A stretch of 64,000 nucleotides of DNA from the NCBI GenBank assembly GCA_965203325.1, contig OZ241875.1:2592001-2656000 (forward strand), in the 5' to 3' direction. This document shows, in pieces, positions 47,616 through 57,397 of the stretch (position 1 is its first letter; each line of letters opens with the position of its first letter). The DNA comes from a bacterium. GTDB taxonomy: Bacteria; UBA8248. Position numbers and translations under genes: made by a program. Below the pieces are notes generated by a model. That model was not told the DNA's origin, made no database searches, and worked only from the letters and a program-made list of their open reading frames with translations.

Positions 47616-48677
47616 ATGGCGAAGCACAGCATCGGTTTGATACCGGCGGACGGCATCGGGCCCGAAGTCGTCACACAGGCGGTGCGCGTCCTGCGCGCGC
47701 TGGCGAAGAGCGAGCGCGGCCTCGCGTTTTCTTTTACGAAATACCCTTGGGGGAGCGATTTCTATCACGAGACGGGCCGGATGTGCCCGGAGAATTTCCT
47801 GAACCGCGTGAGAAAACACGACGCGATCCTGCTCGGCGCCGTGGGCCGGCCCGACATTCCCGACCACATCACGCTCAACCAGCTCCTGCTTCCGCTGCGC
47901 CGGGGGTTCGACCTCTACGTCAACATGCGGCCCATCGTCCTGTACGAGGGGCTGGAGTCGCCGCTGCGCGGCTACGAGCCGGGAGACATCGACATGCTCT
48001 TCTTCCGCGAGAATACCGAGGGGGAATACAGCCCCATCGGCGGCAGGCACTACGAGGGGCACCCGTCGCAAATGGCGGCCCAGATAACGGTTTTCACGCG
48101 CATGGGCTGTGAGCGCATCATCGAGGCGGCGTTCGAGGCGTCGCTCAAGAGGAAGAAGCACGTCACGAACGTCACAAAATCGAACGCGCAGGGCCACACG
48201 CTGGTGATGTGGGATGAGATTTTCGAGGAAGTCGCGGCCAGACCCCGCTACAGGAAAGTCGAGACGGCGAAGTATCTCGTCGACGCCGCCGCCTTGGAGT
48301 TCGTGAGGAGGCCCGAGCATTTCGACGTCGTGGTGTCCACGAACCTCTTCGGCGACATCCTGACGGACCTGGGCGCCGCCATCGTCGGCGGGCTGGGGGT
48401 CGCCGCGAGCGCCAACACGAATCCCGCCGGCGACGCGCCCGGCCTGTTCGAGCCCGTGCACGGCTCGGCGCCCGACATCATGGGCAAGGGAATCGCCAAC
48501 CCGGTGGCGGCGCTCATTTCCGCCGCCCTGATGCTCGATTACCTGGGCGAGGAGCGCGCGGCGAAGCGGCTCGACGACGCGGTCCGCGCGCATCTGGCTC
48601 ACGGGAACCGGACGGCGGACTTAGGGGGAACCGGGACGACGCGCTCCGTCGCCACCGACGTCATCAAGAGACTCTAG
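47616..48677 (+). CDS. Tartrate dehydrogenase/decarboxylase-like (isocitrate/isopropylmalate dehydrogenase family)
   Basis: ADGIGPEV, RENTEGEY, TKSNA, NLFGDILTDL, FEPVHGSAPDI. Confidence 0.9.
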   Translation: MAKHSIGLIPADGIGPEVVTQAVRVLRALAKSERGLAFSFTKYPWGSDFYHETGRMCPENFLNRVRKHDAILLGAVGRPDIPDHITLNQLLLPLRRGFDLYVNMRPIVLYEGLESPLRGYEPGDIDMLFFRENTEGEYSPIGGRHYEGHPSQMAAQITVFTRMGCERIIEAAFEASLKRKKHVTNVTKSNAQGHTLVMWDEIFEEVAARPRYRKVETAKYLVDAAALEFVRRPEHFDVVVSTNLFGDILTDLGAAIVGGLGVAASANTNPAGDAPGLFEPVHGSAPDIMGKGIANPVAALISAALMLDYLGEERAAKRLDDAVRAHLAHGNRTADLGGTGTTRSVATDVIKRL

Positions 48678-48694
48678 CCTGGAGGAGTGACGCG

Positions 48695-49222
48695 ATGTCC
48701 ATCGTCACGAGGAGGGGAGACGACGGGAACACCGATTTGTGGTTCGCCGACAGGGTTCCCAAGTATCATCCCCAGGTGCAGGCCTACGGCGCGCTCGATG
48801 AGGCGAAGGCGGCGCTCGGCCTCGCCCGCTCGACCGCGCCCGAGTGGCTGAAGCCCGAAATCCTCAAAATCCAGAAAGACCTCTACCTCGTGAGCAGCGA
48901 CCTGGCGACGCTGCGGGGCAAGCTCGGCAGGCTCAAAGAGCGCGTGGGCGCAGAGCAGGTCGCGTGGGCCGATGCGCAGGTGGCGCGCTATGAAAAGGAG
49001 ATTCAGATCACCGACTGGGTCATCTCGGGCGACTCGCCCTGCGGCGCCGCGCTGGACATGGCGCTCACCATCATCCGCCGTGGCGAGCGATGGTCGGTGA
49101 AGCTGCGGGACGAAGGCTACATCGACAACCCCGACCTGCTTGTATATCTCAACCGCGTCTCCGACCTCCTCTTCCTGATGGCGCGCGCGGTGGACAGGGG
49201 AGTCGAAGTTCCCGCTGATTAG
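48695..49222 (+). CDS. PduO-type cob(I)alamin adenosyltransferase
   Basis: IVTRRGDDGNT, YGALDE, IRRGER, YLNRVSDLLFLMAR. Confidence 0.92.
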   Translation: MSIVTRRGDDGNTDLWFADRVPKYHPQVQAYGALDEAKAALGLARSTAPEWLKPEILKIQKDLYLVSSDLATLRGKLGRLKERVGAEQVAWADAQVARYEKEIQITDWVISGDSPCGAALDMALTIIRRGERWSVKLRDEGYIDNPDLLVYLNRVSDLLFLMARAVDRGVEVPAD

Positions 49223-49285
49223 ATTCGAAAAACGCGAAACGCTCTACGGGTTTATTCAGCCTTCGTGCTCTGTCTGTAGGACGCT

Positions 49286-50011
49286 ATGCCCCAAAACCAA
49301 TCGTTATCTCCTCAACGCCTCGATGATGTGAAGCGGTTTTACGCTTCTCTCTTTACTCTTGAAGAACGTCTCGGAGGAGCGCGGCGATTGTCCGGTTGCT
49401 CCGGTCGAATGAAATGGCCGAAGCGCGGAATATATTTTTTTATGGAGGAGGGTGAAGTCCGCACCGAAACCGGGGATGGCCCTCGCATCGTGCGGGTCGG
49501 CACACATGCCCTGAAAGCCGGTTCCAAAACCAAACTATGGTCGCGCCTGAAACAGCATAAAGGCACAGTTCGATCCGGCGGCGGCAATCACCGGGGGTCG
49601 ATCTTCAGACTCATCGTGGGAGCGGCCCTGATGCAGAGAGATCGTCTCGATTTTCCCTTCTGGGGCAAGGGCGGCACGGCGCCGCGTGAAGTGAGAAAAC
49701 TCGAACAACCCTTGGAAAGAAAAGTAAGCACGATGATCGGCGACATGCCCTTTCTCTGGCTCGACATCGAGGACGAGCCGGGACCCGACAGCCTGCGCGG
49801 ATACATCGAGCGAAACGCAATCGCCCTGTTGAGCAACTATGGCAAGCATCCCATCGATCCGCCTTCCGCGTCATGGCTCGGCCGTCGTTGCGACAGGGAA
49901 AAAGTGCGGATTTCCGGCCTCTGGAACTCGAACCACGTCGATCAAGACTACGCCCCGGCTTTTCTCGACGTTCTGGAGCGCCTGATCGATGAAATGGAGA
50001 TACCCGCATGA
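49286..50011 (+). CDS. GIY-YIG-like nuclease (hypothetical)
   Basis: GIYFF...IVRVG...LWSRLKQH...GNHRGSIFR...IERNAI..LWN pattern resembles GIY-YIG motif order. Confidence 0.6.
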   Translation: MPQNQSLSPQRLDDVKRFYASLFTLEERLGGARRLSGCSGRMKWPKRGIYFFMEEGEVRTETGDGPRIVRVGTHALKAGSKTKLWSRLKQHKGTVRSGGGNHRGSIFRLIVGAALMQRDRLDFPFWGKGGTAPREVRKLEQPLERKVSTMIGDMPFLWLDIEDEPGPDSLRGYIERNAIALLSNYGKHPIDPPSASWLGRRCDREKVRISGLWNSNHVDQDYAPAFLDVLERLIDEMEIPA

Positions 50012-50661
50012 TCGTCGTCATCCAATGCGCTGCCCGGAAAAATCCCGAAGCCGGGTATTTGCGCATCCGCGACGGACGAAAGGTGATGTTCGTCGCCGAC
50101 CCCGGCCTCGCGACCAACGACTCAAATCTCTCTTTTGCGCGACCGGATGATGTTTCCGACACCGGGAGGCCGTGGCGAACCACCCTCCGTGAATACAATG
50201 CCGAGCCTCGCGGCAACCCGCGCGGCCTTCTTCCCGCCTGGCGGCTTTATGAAAACCCGGTCTACGAACTCTTGAAGAACCATTGCGGGCCGGAGCGACT
50301 CTATATCCTCTCCGCGGGGTGGGGCCTGATTCCGGCCGGTTTCCTGACGCCCGCTTATGACATCACCTTCAGCCCCAGAGCTGACGCGTACAAACGCAGA
50401 CGCAAGAAAGATTCGTATGACGATTTCAACATGCTGCAAGAACAAACAGAGGAAGACATCGTGTTCTTCGGCGGCAAGGACTATGCGGGCCTGTTTTGCG
50501 GGTTGACGCAGAACGTCAAAGGGACGCGATACATCTGGTTCAATTCCAAAAGCCCGCCCAAAGCGACTGGCTGCACGCTTCGGCAGTTCCATACGAAGAC
50601 CAGAACCAACTGGCATTACGAGTGCGCCAAAGCCTTCATCGAAGGAAATATCCAGGTTTAG
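50008..50661 (+). CDS. DUF6884/YaaA-like hypothetical protein
   Basis: IVVIQCAARK, PAWRLY, YILSAGWGLI, YDITF, FFGGKDY; ATGA overlap with the upstream gene. Confidence 0.6.
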   Translation: MIVVIQCAARKNPEAGYLRIRDGRKVMFVADPGLATNDSNLSFARPDDVSDTGRPWRTTLREYNAEPRGNPRGLLPAWRLYENPVYELLKNHCGPERLYILSAGWGLIPAGFLTPAYDITFSPRADAYKRRRKKDSYDDFNMLQEQTEEDIVFFGGKDYAGLFCGLTQNVKGTRYIWFNSKSPPKATGCTLRQFHTKTRTNWHYECAKAFIEGNIQV

Positions 50662-50681
50662 ACGAGGATGCGGACGATTTG

Positions 50682-50808
50682 GCTCACCATCATCCGACGG
50701 GGTGAGCGATGGTCGGTGAAGCTGCGGGACGAGGGCTACATCGACAACCCCGACCTCCTCTTCCTGATGGCGCGCGCGGTGGACCGGGGCGTCGAAGTGC
50801 CCGCATGA
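50682..50808 (+). pseudogene. Displaced duplicate of the adenosyltransferase 3' end
   Basis: Near-identical to 49063-49215; synonymous differences and a 30-nt in-frame deletion between CCGACCT repeats. Confidence 0.9.
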
Positions 50809-50812
50809 GCGG

Positions 50813-51296
50813 CCTTTGAAAAAGCCCTCTCCTCAGGGGATAAAGGCAACCCCCCCTACCCCCCCTTGTCAGGGGGGCAAGAAAAAACAAAACCCCCGCT
50901 GTCGGCGTCTGGTGTTGCCTTTTTATACCCCCCTGACAAGGGGGGGTAGGGGGGGTTGGTTTTGTAGGGACAGGCCCCCGTGCCTGTCCGAGGTTCCCAC
51001 GAGGCAGTGCGGTTTTGTTCGTCATCCCGGCAATCAATGCCGACTGAGGAGGGAGGGATTGCCCGGAATCCAGAGACTTTGTTTTTGAATTTGCCTTTTC
51101 GCTTAATCGTTTTTCTTGGCCTTTCTGTGATTCGGTATCCCCGTCTGCTCTGGATTCCGGCATGCGCCGGAATGACGAACCAAGGCGGATGACGTGTGTG
51201 CCTGTAGGGGTCGTTCGCGAACGACCCCTACGATCAGGTTGACGAACAACCAGAACCGGGCGGACACACGGTCAGACATATATGTCTGACCCCTAC
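50813..51296. repeat. Composite REP cluster (CCCCCCTACC doublet, GTAG and CGTC palindromes)
   Basis: CCTTTGAAAAAGCCC; doublet at about 50850-50955; GTAGGGACAGGCCCCCGTGCCTGTCC; TGGATTCCGGCATGCGCCGGAATGACG; GTAGGGGTCGTTCGCGAACGACCCCTAC; GGTCAGACATATATGTCTGACCCCTAC. Confidence 0.8.
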
Positions 51297-51387
51297 GGGA
51301 AACCCGTTCCCTGCTTCCGGGGATTTTTCCTACAGCCCCCTGATCCGCGTTGCAGTTCGTTATCTTTCCAGAAACGTCCGGGAGAAC

Positions 51388-52434
51388 TTACGTCAGGTAG
51401 TAGTCGCTGATGGCCTCGAGGCCCACCTTGATGGCCGCCGCGAGCGGAACGGCGAGGAGGATTCCCGCGAAGCCCATCAACTCGCCCCCTATCATGATGG
51501 CCGCGAGCACCACCACGGGGTGAAGCCCGATTCGGTTGCCTAGGATGCGGGGAACGAGCGCCATGCCCGCTATGGGCGAGATGACTCCGAACACGGCCAG
51601 CGTTCCCAGCGGGTGAAGCCAGTCCTGATGGGCGAGCCCCGAGAGAAGCAGTGCGATCGGCAGGGCCACTATCCATTCCACATAGGGGAACATGCAGGCG
51701 ATACCCGTGAAGATGCCCATCACCAGCCACAGCGGCATTCCCACGATGAAGAAGCCCAGCACGTAAAAGGCGGAGAGGATGCAGGCGATCAGCAGTTGCC
51801 CCTTGATGAACGAGCCGAGGAGCTCGTCGAGACGGAAGACCCTTTTCTCCACCTCTTTGCGGTAATCGCGGTGCACGTAGGCGAAAAACCCCGCCCATAG
51901 CTCTTTCCAGTCCCTCAGGATATAGAAGGTCATGACGGGGATGAGGACGAGATAGACGATACCGATGGCGATGGAAAAAATGCCGCTGGTCGTTCTCAGC
52001 AGAAACCTGAGCGCGGTAACGGGAAACTGTCCCAGGGGGGAGAGGTTTTCGGTGAAGTATTTCTTGAGTTCGGCGGTCTGGGGGAGTTCGAACCTGTCGA
52101 GCGTGGCGATGAGCCACGATTGGGCGACGGTGACGTAGCCGGGAAGTTGTTGGGCGAACGCCCTCACCTGCTCCTGCACCACGGGCGATATGCTGACCCA
52201 CAGGATGAACAGTCCCAGTCCCAGCCCCAGCAGGGGGATCAGGACGGCGAGGGGGCGCGGTATCTTCCATCTCTCCAGCGCATCGACCAGCGGCTGGAGC
52301 AGATAGGCGAGGATGAACGAAGCCGCCAGGGGGACCAGCGCCGCCCGGGCGCTCACCAGGAGCCAGACGGCGGCGATGAGTATGAGAATGAGCCAGATTC
52401 TCTTCCACGTGAGGATTTGGGATGGGTTGTCCAT
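51388..52434 (-). CDS. AI-2E family transporter
   Basis: AYLLQPLV, FYILRD, FIKGQL, PRILG..IGLHP, GILLAVP. Confidence 0.9.
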   Translation of the reverse strand: MDNPSQILTWKRIWLILILIAAVWLLVSARAALVPLAASFILAYLLQPLVDALERWKIPRPLAVLIPLLGLGLGLFILWVSISPVVQEQVRAFAQQLPGYVTVAQSWLIATLDRFELPQTAELKKYFTENLSPLGQFPVTALRFLLRTTSGIFSIAIGIVYLVLIPVMTFYILRDWKELWAGFFAYVHRDYRKEVEKRVFRLDELLGSFIKGQLLIACILSAFYVLGFFIVGMPLWLVMGIFTGIACMFPYVEWIVALPIALLLSGLAHQDWLHPLGTLAVFGVISPIAGMALVPRILGNRIGLHPVVVLAAIMIGGELMGFAGILLAVPLAAAIKVGLEAISDYYLT

Positions 52435-52450
52435 GTCGGGTCGCCTGGCC

Positions 52451-53056
52451 TCAGTTCCGGGCCGCGGAGGTGGGTTTTTCCGCCTGATCGTCGTCCGGTT
52501 TCTCGTAAATCATCCGGGTGCCCACAAAGAAGAGATAATGAACCCCCGAGGCGAGCGTCAGCCCACAGGTGATCAGGTACATGGACAGCAGCACGACGTT
52601 CTGCTCCGCCGCCAGCGCCGCCGCCAGAAGAGCGGCCCCCGCGGTGACCATCTGGGCGGTCGTCGTGGTTTTCCCCAGCATGGATGGAGACGGCGTCTGA
52701 AAGCCCACCGTCATGAACAGCATCAGGCAGCCGATGGACAGCAGCAAATCCCGGCTCACCACGGAGACGGCCAGCCAGATCGGGATTTGTCCAGAAATCC
52801 CCATCATCATGTAGGCGGTGAACATGAGCAGTTTGTCCGCAATGGGGTCGAGCATGGCGCCCAGCTCCGTCATCTCGCCGCGCCGTCTCGCGATATAGCC
52901 GTCAACGCCGTCTGCCACGCCCGCGATGATGAAGACGGCCAGGGCGATTCCCGGCTTCCTGTAGGCGAGACACATGACGAAAACGGGGATCAGGATAACC
53001 CGGACCAGCGTGATCTTGGTCGCCAGCGTTAATCTGTTTGAAGCAGGTGCGCTCAT
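52451..53056 (-). CDS. CDP-alcohol phosphatidyltransferase (PgsA-like)
   Basis: ITLVR, DGVDGYIARR..TELGAMLDPIADK, GKTTT. Confidence 0.92.
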   Translation of the reverse strand: MSAPASNRLTLATKITLVRVILIPVFVMCLAYRKPGIALAVFIIAGVADGVDGYIARRRGEMTELGAMLDPIADKLLMFTAYMMMGISGQIPIWLAVSVVSRDLLLSIGCLMLFMTVGFQTPSPSMLGKTTTTAQMVTAGAALLAAALAAEQNVVLLSMYLITCGLTLASGVHYLFFVGTRMIYEKPDDDQAEKPTSAARN

Positions 53057-53154
53057 CGTTTAAGCGGCCTTTTCCTTCTCTTAAGTGTGTTGCCGCATCA
53101 TAACACAGGAACCCCGCGGTTTCCCTCGTCCGGTTTGCTCGTCGAGCGAGTGCT

Positions 53155-54024
53155 TCATGAAGAGGCGGGTTTCCCGGGTTCTCTCGTCTGCTGTTTCGCG
53201 GACCCTTTGCGCGCGGCGCGTTTCGGGTTCACCCTGGCCTTGGCCCAGCCCGTCCTGGAAGCCGGGCGCCTGGATGCGTTGGGAATGATGTTCGTCATCA
53301 TTTTCAGCTTTTCGACCTCATCGCGGGTGAGTGTCCTCACCTTGGCGCCGGGAAGGCCTCTGGCCGTGACCCCCCCGTAGGCGCGCCGGACGAGTTTGAT
53401 GACGGGATGCCCCACGGCCTCGCACATTTGCTTGACCTGGTGCTGCCTGCCCTCTCGGAGTTCGATTCTGAGCCAAGCGTTCTTCTCCGTCTTGCCCCGG
53501 ACGATCCGCACGCCGGCCGGCTGGGCTTTTCTGCCCCGCCCGCGCATCCACGATCCGTCCGCCATCCGGGCGAGGGCGGTCTCGGAGGGCGTGCCCTTCA
53601 CCTTCGCCTCATATACGCGGGGTATCCCGTATCTCGGGTGGGCGAGGCGGTTCGCCATCTCGCCGTCGTTGGTGAGTAGCAAGACGCCCTCGACGTCGAA
53701 GTCGAGCCTGCCGACGGGGAATACGCGCCGAAGACCCTGGGGCAGCAGGTCCGCCACGGTGGGCCTGTCCTTCCCTTCCTCGTCGCGCATGGTGGTGAGA
53801 ACGTTCTTCGGCTTGTTCAGCACGAGATAGACGGGCGGCTCCTTTTTGGTGATGAGCTTTCCGTTCACCTTGATGGCATCGGCGAGCGGATCCGCCTTGG
53901 CGCCCAGGGTGAGTACGCGCACTCCGTTCACCTGCACGCAGCCCTCTGTGATCAGGCGCTCCGCCTCCCGGCGCGATGCGATGCCCGCCTGGGCGATGAT
54001 CTTCTGAAGCCGGATAGCGGCCAT
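53155..54024 (-). CDS. rluB: rRNA pseudouridine synthase (RluB/RsuA family)
   Basis: RLQKIIAQAGIASRREAE S4 domain, PVGRLD, LLLTNDG, EGRQHQVK. Confidence 0.85.
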   Translation of the reverse strand: MAAIRLQKIIAQAGIASRREAERLITEGCVQVNGVRVLTLGAKADPLADAIKVNGKLITKKEPPVYLVLNKPKNVLTTMRDEEGKDRPTVADLLPQGLRRVFPVGRLDFDVEGVLLLTNDGEMANRLAHPRYGIPRVYEAKVKGTPSETALARMADGSWMRGRGRKAQPAGVRIVRGKTEKNAWLRIELREGRQHQVKQMCEAVGHPVIKLVRRAYGGVTARGLPGAKVRTLTRDEVEKLKMMTNIIPNASRRPASRTGWAKARVNPKRAARKGSAKQQTREPGKPASS

Positions 54025-54161
54025 CTCTGGTTCTTCCCCCACGGTTTTCTCCGATAACTTCGAGCCAAGCGATTATAGCCATTCGGGGACGAACAAGGTA
54101 ACCTGTCGAGCAAACGCATGAACAGGGCGACATCTCACACTCTTTGCGAAGGAGGTCCGTT

Positions 54162-55271
54162 TTGCCGTCTTCTCAAACCATCATCAGCATGACGCCGGCG
54201 CACGTTTGCGTGCCGCTGGAGCGGCCGCTCAAGGTGGCCACGTTCGAGGTGCACGCCGTCGACACCTGCTGCGTCACCCTCCGCACGAAAGAGGGTCTCA
54301 AGGGCCACGGCTGGTGCTTCGCCTTCGGGCCCGAGCGCACCCGCGCGATGATAGCGATGGTGCGCGATCTGTTCGCCAACCTGCTGGGCAAAGACCCGGC
54401 GGACACGGATACGAACTGGGAGGCGATGCGCAAGGCGGTGAGCTTCGTGGGCCGCGACGGCATCAGCGCCCTGGCGATGTCTGCACTCGACACCGCCTGC
54501 TGGGACCTGGCGGCCCAGGCGGCGGGACAGCCGCTGTGGAAGTACCTGGGCGGTGAGAAGCGCGAGATTCCCTGCTACGCGAGCGAGGGACTATGGCTGA
54601 ATCTCTCGATAGACGAACTCGTAGAAGAAGCCGCCGCCCTCAAGGCGCGCGGATTCAGGGCCATGAAGCTCCGCGTGGGCGGAATGGTGGATGAGGACGT
54701 AGAGCGAATCCGCGCGGTGCGCGAGGCGATAGGCGATGAAGTCGCGCTCATGGTGGACGCCAACCAGGCCTGGGACGTGGAAACCGCGATAAGCGCGTGC
54801 AGGGCGTTCGAGCCCTTCGGCCTCTACTGGGTGGAGGAGCCGGTCGATCACGAGGACATCAGGGGGTGCGCGGAGGTCGCGGAGGCCAGCAGCATCCCCA
54901 TCTGCACCGGGGAGACGAACTACAACCCGCGCGGGATGCGCCACCTGCTCGTCGCGGGCGCGGCCGATATCCTCATGCCCGATCTGGAGCGCTGTTCGGG
55001 CGTCACGGGCTGGCGCCGCGCGGCGGCGATGGCGAAGGAATTCGGAAAGCCGGTGACCCCGCACCTGTTCCACGAGGTGTCGGCGCACCTTCTGAGTGCT
55101 GAGGAACACGGCGTCTGGTGCGAGCACATGCCCTGGTGGGAGTGCATCATCGAGGAGCCGATGGCGTTTCAGGACGGGAATCTGGTGCTCACCGACAAGC
55201 CCGGACTCGGGCTGGAATGGAAAGAAGAGGCGCTCCGGGAGTTCGCGCCGCCCTCGGGAGGGTCTCTGTAG
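54162..55271 (+). CDS. Mandelate racemase/muconate lactonizing enzyme family protein
   Basis: ALDTACWDL, AMKLRVG, LMVDANQ, WVEEP, TGET, KPGLG; TTG start after AGGAGG. Confidence 0.9.
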   Translation: MPSSQTIISMTPAHVCVPLERPLKVATFEVHAVDTCCVTLRTKEGLKGHGWCFAFGPERTRAMIAMVRDLFANLLGKDPADTDTNWEAMRKAVSFVGRDGISALAMSALDTACWDLAAQAAGQPLWKYLGGEKREIPCYASEGLWLNLSIDELVEEAAALKARGFRAMKLRVGGMVDEDVERIRAVREAIGDEVALMVDANQAWDVETAISACRAFEPFGLYWVEEPVDHEDIRGCAEVAEASSIPICTGETNYNPRGMRHLLVAGAADILMPDLERCSGVTGWRRAAAMAKEFGKPVTPHLFHEVSAHLLSAEEHGVWCEHMPWWECIIEEPMAFQDGNLVLTDKPGLGLEWKEEALREFAPPSGGSL

Positions 55272-56605
55272 TGGGGGGGACGCTCCTGCGCGGGGGGAGC
55301 ATCCTCACGCTCGACCCCGTGCTCGGCGATATCGAAGGCGGCGACCTGCTCATTGAGGACGATGAGATAAGGGACGTCGGCCGGAGCGTCCACGCCCCCG
55401 AAGCCGAGGAGGTGGACGCGGGCGATTTCATCGTCATGCCCGGTTTCGTGAACGCGCACCAGCATACCTGGCAGACGGGCATCCGCGGCGTGGCGGGCGA
55501 CTGGACGCTGGTGGAGTACATCCGGCAGATGCACGAGGGTTTCGGCCCCCGGTTCGGGCCGGAGGATATATATCTCGCGAACCTCGTCGGCGCACTGAAC
55601 CAGCTCAACGGCGGCGTCACGACGCTGTTCGACTGGTGCCACAACAACCCCACACCCGAGCACACCGACGCAGGTTTAGACGGCCTGGAGGAAGCGGGGA
55701 TCCGCGCGGTTTTCGGCCACGGAACGCCCAAGCCCAAAATCGCGGAAGGCGAGACGCCGCTCAGTCACAGGCCGCATCCACCAGAGGAAGTCAGACGCCT
55801 GCGCTCGGGGCGGCTGGCATCGGACGGCGGCCTCATCAAGCTGGCCCTGGCCACGAGAGGCCCCGATCTCTCCACGCTCGATATGTGTGTGCACGATATC
55901 TGCCTGGCCCGCGAGTACGATCTGCTCTGGAGCGCGCACATCGGCGGCGGGTTCCACCGGGTGACGCCCGACGGGATACGGCAGTTGGCGCGGAAGGGGC
56001 TTCTGGGGCCCGATTTCAACGCCGTGCACGCGAACCAGTTGAGCGGAGAGGAGTTGCGGATACTCGTCGATTCGGGCTGCTCGGTCACCTCCTGCCCCGA
56101 GGTGGAGATGCAGATGGGCCACGGCGAGCCCGTCATCGGGCGGGTTCTGGCCCTGGGCGGCAGGCCGACGCTGGGGATCGACGTGGAATCGAACATCAGC
56201 GGCGACATGTTCACCATGATGCGGGCGGGGCTTCAGTTCGCCCGCGCGCAGGAGAACCAGAAGATACTCGACGGGCGAACCTCGCTGGCGCAAATCGCGA
56301 TTCCCGCGAGGCGCGCGCTGGAGTGGGCGACGATAGACGGCGCCAACGCCCTGGGGCTCGGGTACAAGGCGGGCACGCTCAAGCCGAGCAAGCAGGCGGA
56401 CGTCGTCCTGATCAGAAAGAGCGACCTGAACCTCTTCCCCGTGAACGACCCGCTCGAGACGGTCGTTTTCCAGGCGTCGCTCGCCAACGTGGACACGGTG
56501 TTCGTGGCCGGAAAGGTCGTGAAGAAAAACGGGAAGCTGCTCTACCCCCGCCTGCGGGAGAAGATGGAGGCGTTGGCGGAATCGGGGAGGAGATTGCTAC
56601 ACTAG
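55271..56605 (+). CDS. Amidohydrolase family protein
   Basis: PGFVNAHQHTWQ, SAHI, AVHAN, LGIDVE, ATIDGA, KQADVV; GTG overlaps the upstream TAG. Confidence 0.9.
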   Translation: MGGTLLRGGSILTLDPVLGDIEGGDLLIEDDEIRDVGRSVHAPEAEEVDAGDFIVMPGFVNAHQHTWQTGIRGVAGDWTLVEYIRQMHEGFGPRFGPEDIYLANLVGALNQLNGGVTTLFDWCHNNPTPEHTDAGLDGLEEAGIRAVFGHGTPKPKIAEGETPLSHRPHPPEEVRRLRSGRLASDGGLIKLALATRGPDLSTLDMCVHDICLAREYDLLWSAHIGGGFHRVTPDGIRQLARKGLLGPDFNAVHANQLSGEELRILVDSGCSVTSCPEVEMQMGHGEPVIGRVLALGGRPTLGIDVESNISGDMFTMMRAGLQFARAQENQKILDGRTSLAQIAIPARRALEWATIDGANALGLGYKAGTLKPSKQADVVLIRKSDLNLFPVNDPLETVVFQASLANVDTVFVAGKVVKKNGKLLYPRLREKMEALAESGRRLLH

Positions 56606-56655
56606 CGCGTACATCGTCATATACCGGTATTCATACATCATCATGGAGAAAGAAC

Positions 56656-57396
56656 ATGAGACTGGCGTTTTATTCTGACATTCATGCCCAACTCGCACCT
56701 CTGGACGCCGTTCTGGCGGAAGTCGACAAGCACGACGTGCACTGGGAGATCGTCCCCGGCGATCACGTCATGGGAGGACCCGAGCCGGGCGAGGTGGTGG
56801 ATCGCCTCCGCTCCCGGAAGAACTGCCTGCCCATACTGGGGAACTTCGACCGCTGGGTCATCGATCACGTGGATGAGGGGGAAAACGATTTCCCCGCGCG
56901 AAACGAGAGCTCCCGCCTGACGCGCGAGCACCTGACGGATGAGCAACTCGACTGGCTGAGGGGCCTGCCCCGCGAGATGACGATTACGCCAGAACCCGGA
57001 CACGATCTGCGCATCTTCCACGGCTCGCCGGGGAACGACGAGGGCGCACTCCCGCTCAGGCTTACCGACGACGAGATACTCGAACGACTCGCGGGCGAGA
57101 AATCTGAAGTCGTGGCCTTTGGCCAGTGCCACGGCCCCTACATCCGCCAGGTCGGGAACCAGACGCTCGTGTGCTCCGCTTCCGCCGCGGTGAACTGGGA
57201 CGGGGACAACCGCCCCGCCTACGTCCTCCTCGAATACCAGGGGGGCGGGAACTGGGAAGGGGAGATTCACCGCGTCGAGTATGATTTCGAAGAACAGGCG
57301 CGCAAGAACGAAGAGAGTTGGGACCCCGGCGGGGACAAGCAGGCCCACACGATTCGCACGGGCGAGTTCTGGAACCCCGCCCACATGCCCCACTAG
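56656..57396 (+). CDS. Metallophosphoesterase family protein
   Basis: SDIHA, GDHV, GNFD, FHGSP, FGQCH (GHTH variant). Confidence 0.85.
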   Translation: MRLAFYSDIHAQLAPLDAVLAEVDKHDVHWEIVPGDHVMGGPEPGEVVDRLRSRKNCLPILGNFDRWVIDHVDEGENDFPARNESSRLTREHLTDEQLDWLRGLPREMTITPEPGHDLRIFHGSPGNDEGALPLRLTDDEILERLAGEKSEVVAFGQCHGPYIRQVGNQTLVCSASAAVNWDGDNRPAYVLLEYQGGGNWEGEIHRVEYDFEEQARKNEESWDPGGDKQAHTIRTGEFWNPAHMPH

Positions 57397-57397
57397 A

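Noticed and set aside
50813..51296. CRISPR array
   Set aside because: Repeats are palindromic, of several classes, inverted and irregularly spaced; there is no direct-repeat/spacer periodicity and no cas genes.
55636..56655. Apparent 586-aa fusion ahead of the metallophosphoesterase; likewise ORFs 5824, 15487, 23092, 42731-43678 and 43198-44613
   Set aside because: The upstream parts overlap real genes in another frame and are Arg/Gly/Pro-rich nonsense; true starts are internal, unlike the MqnA-amidase case where both halves are real domains.
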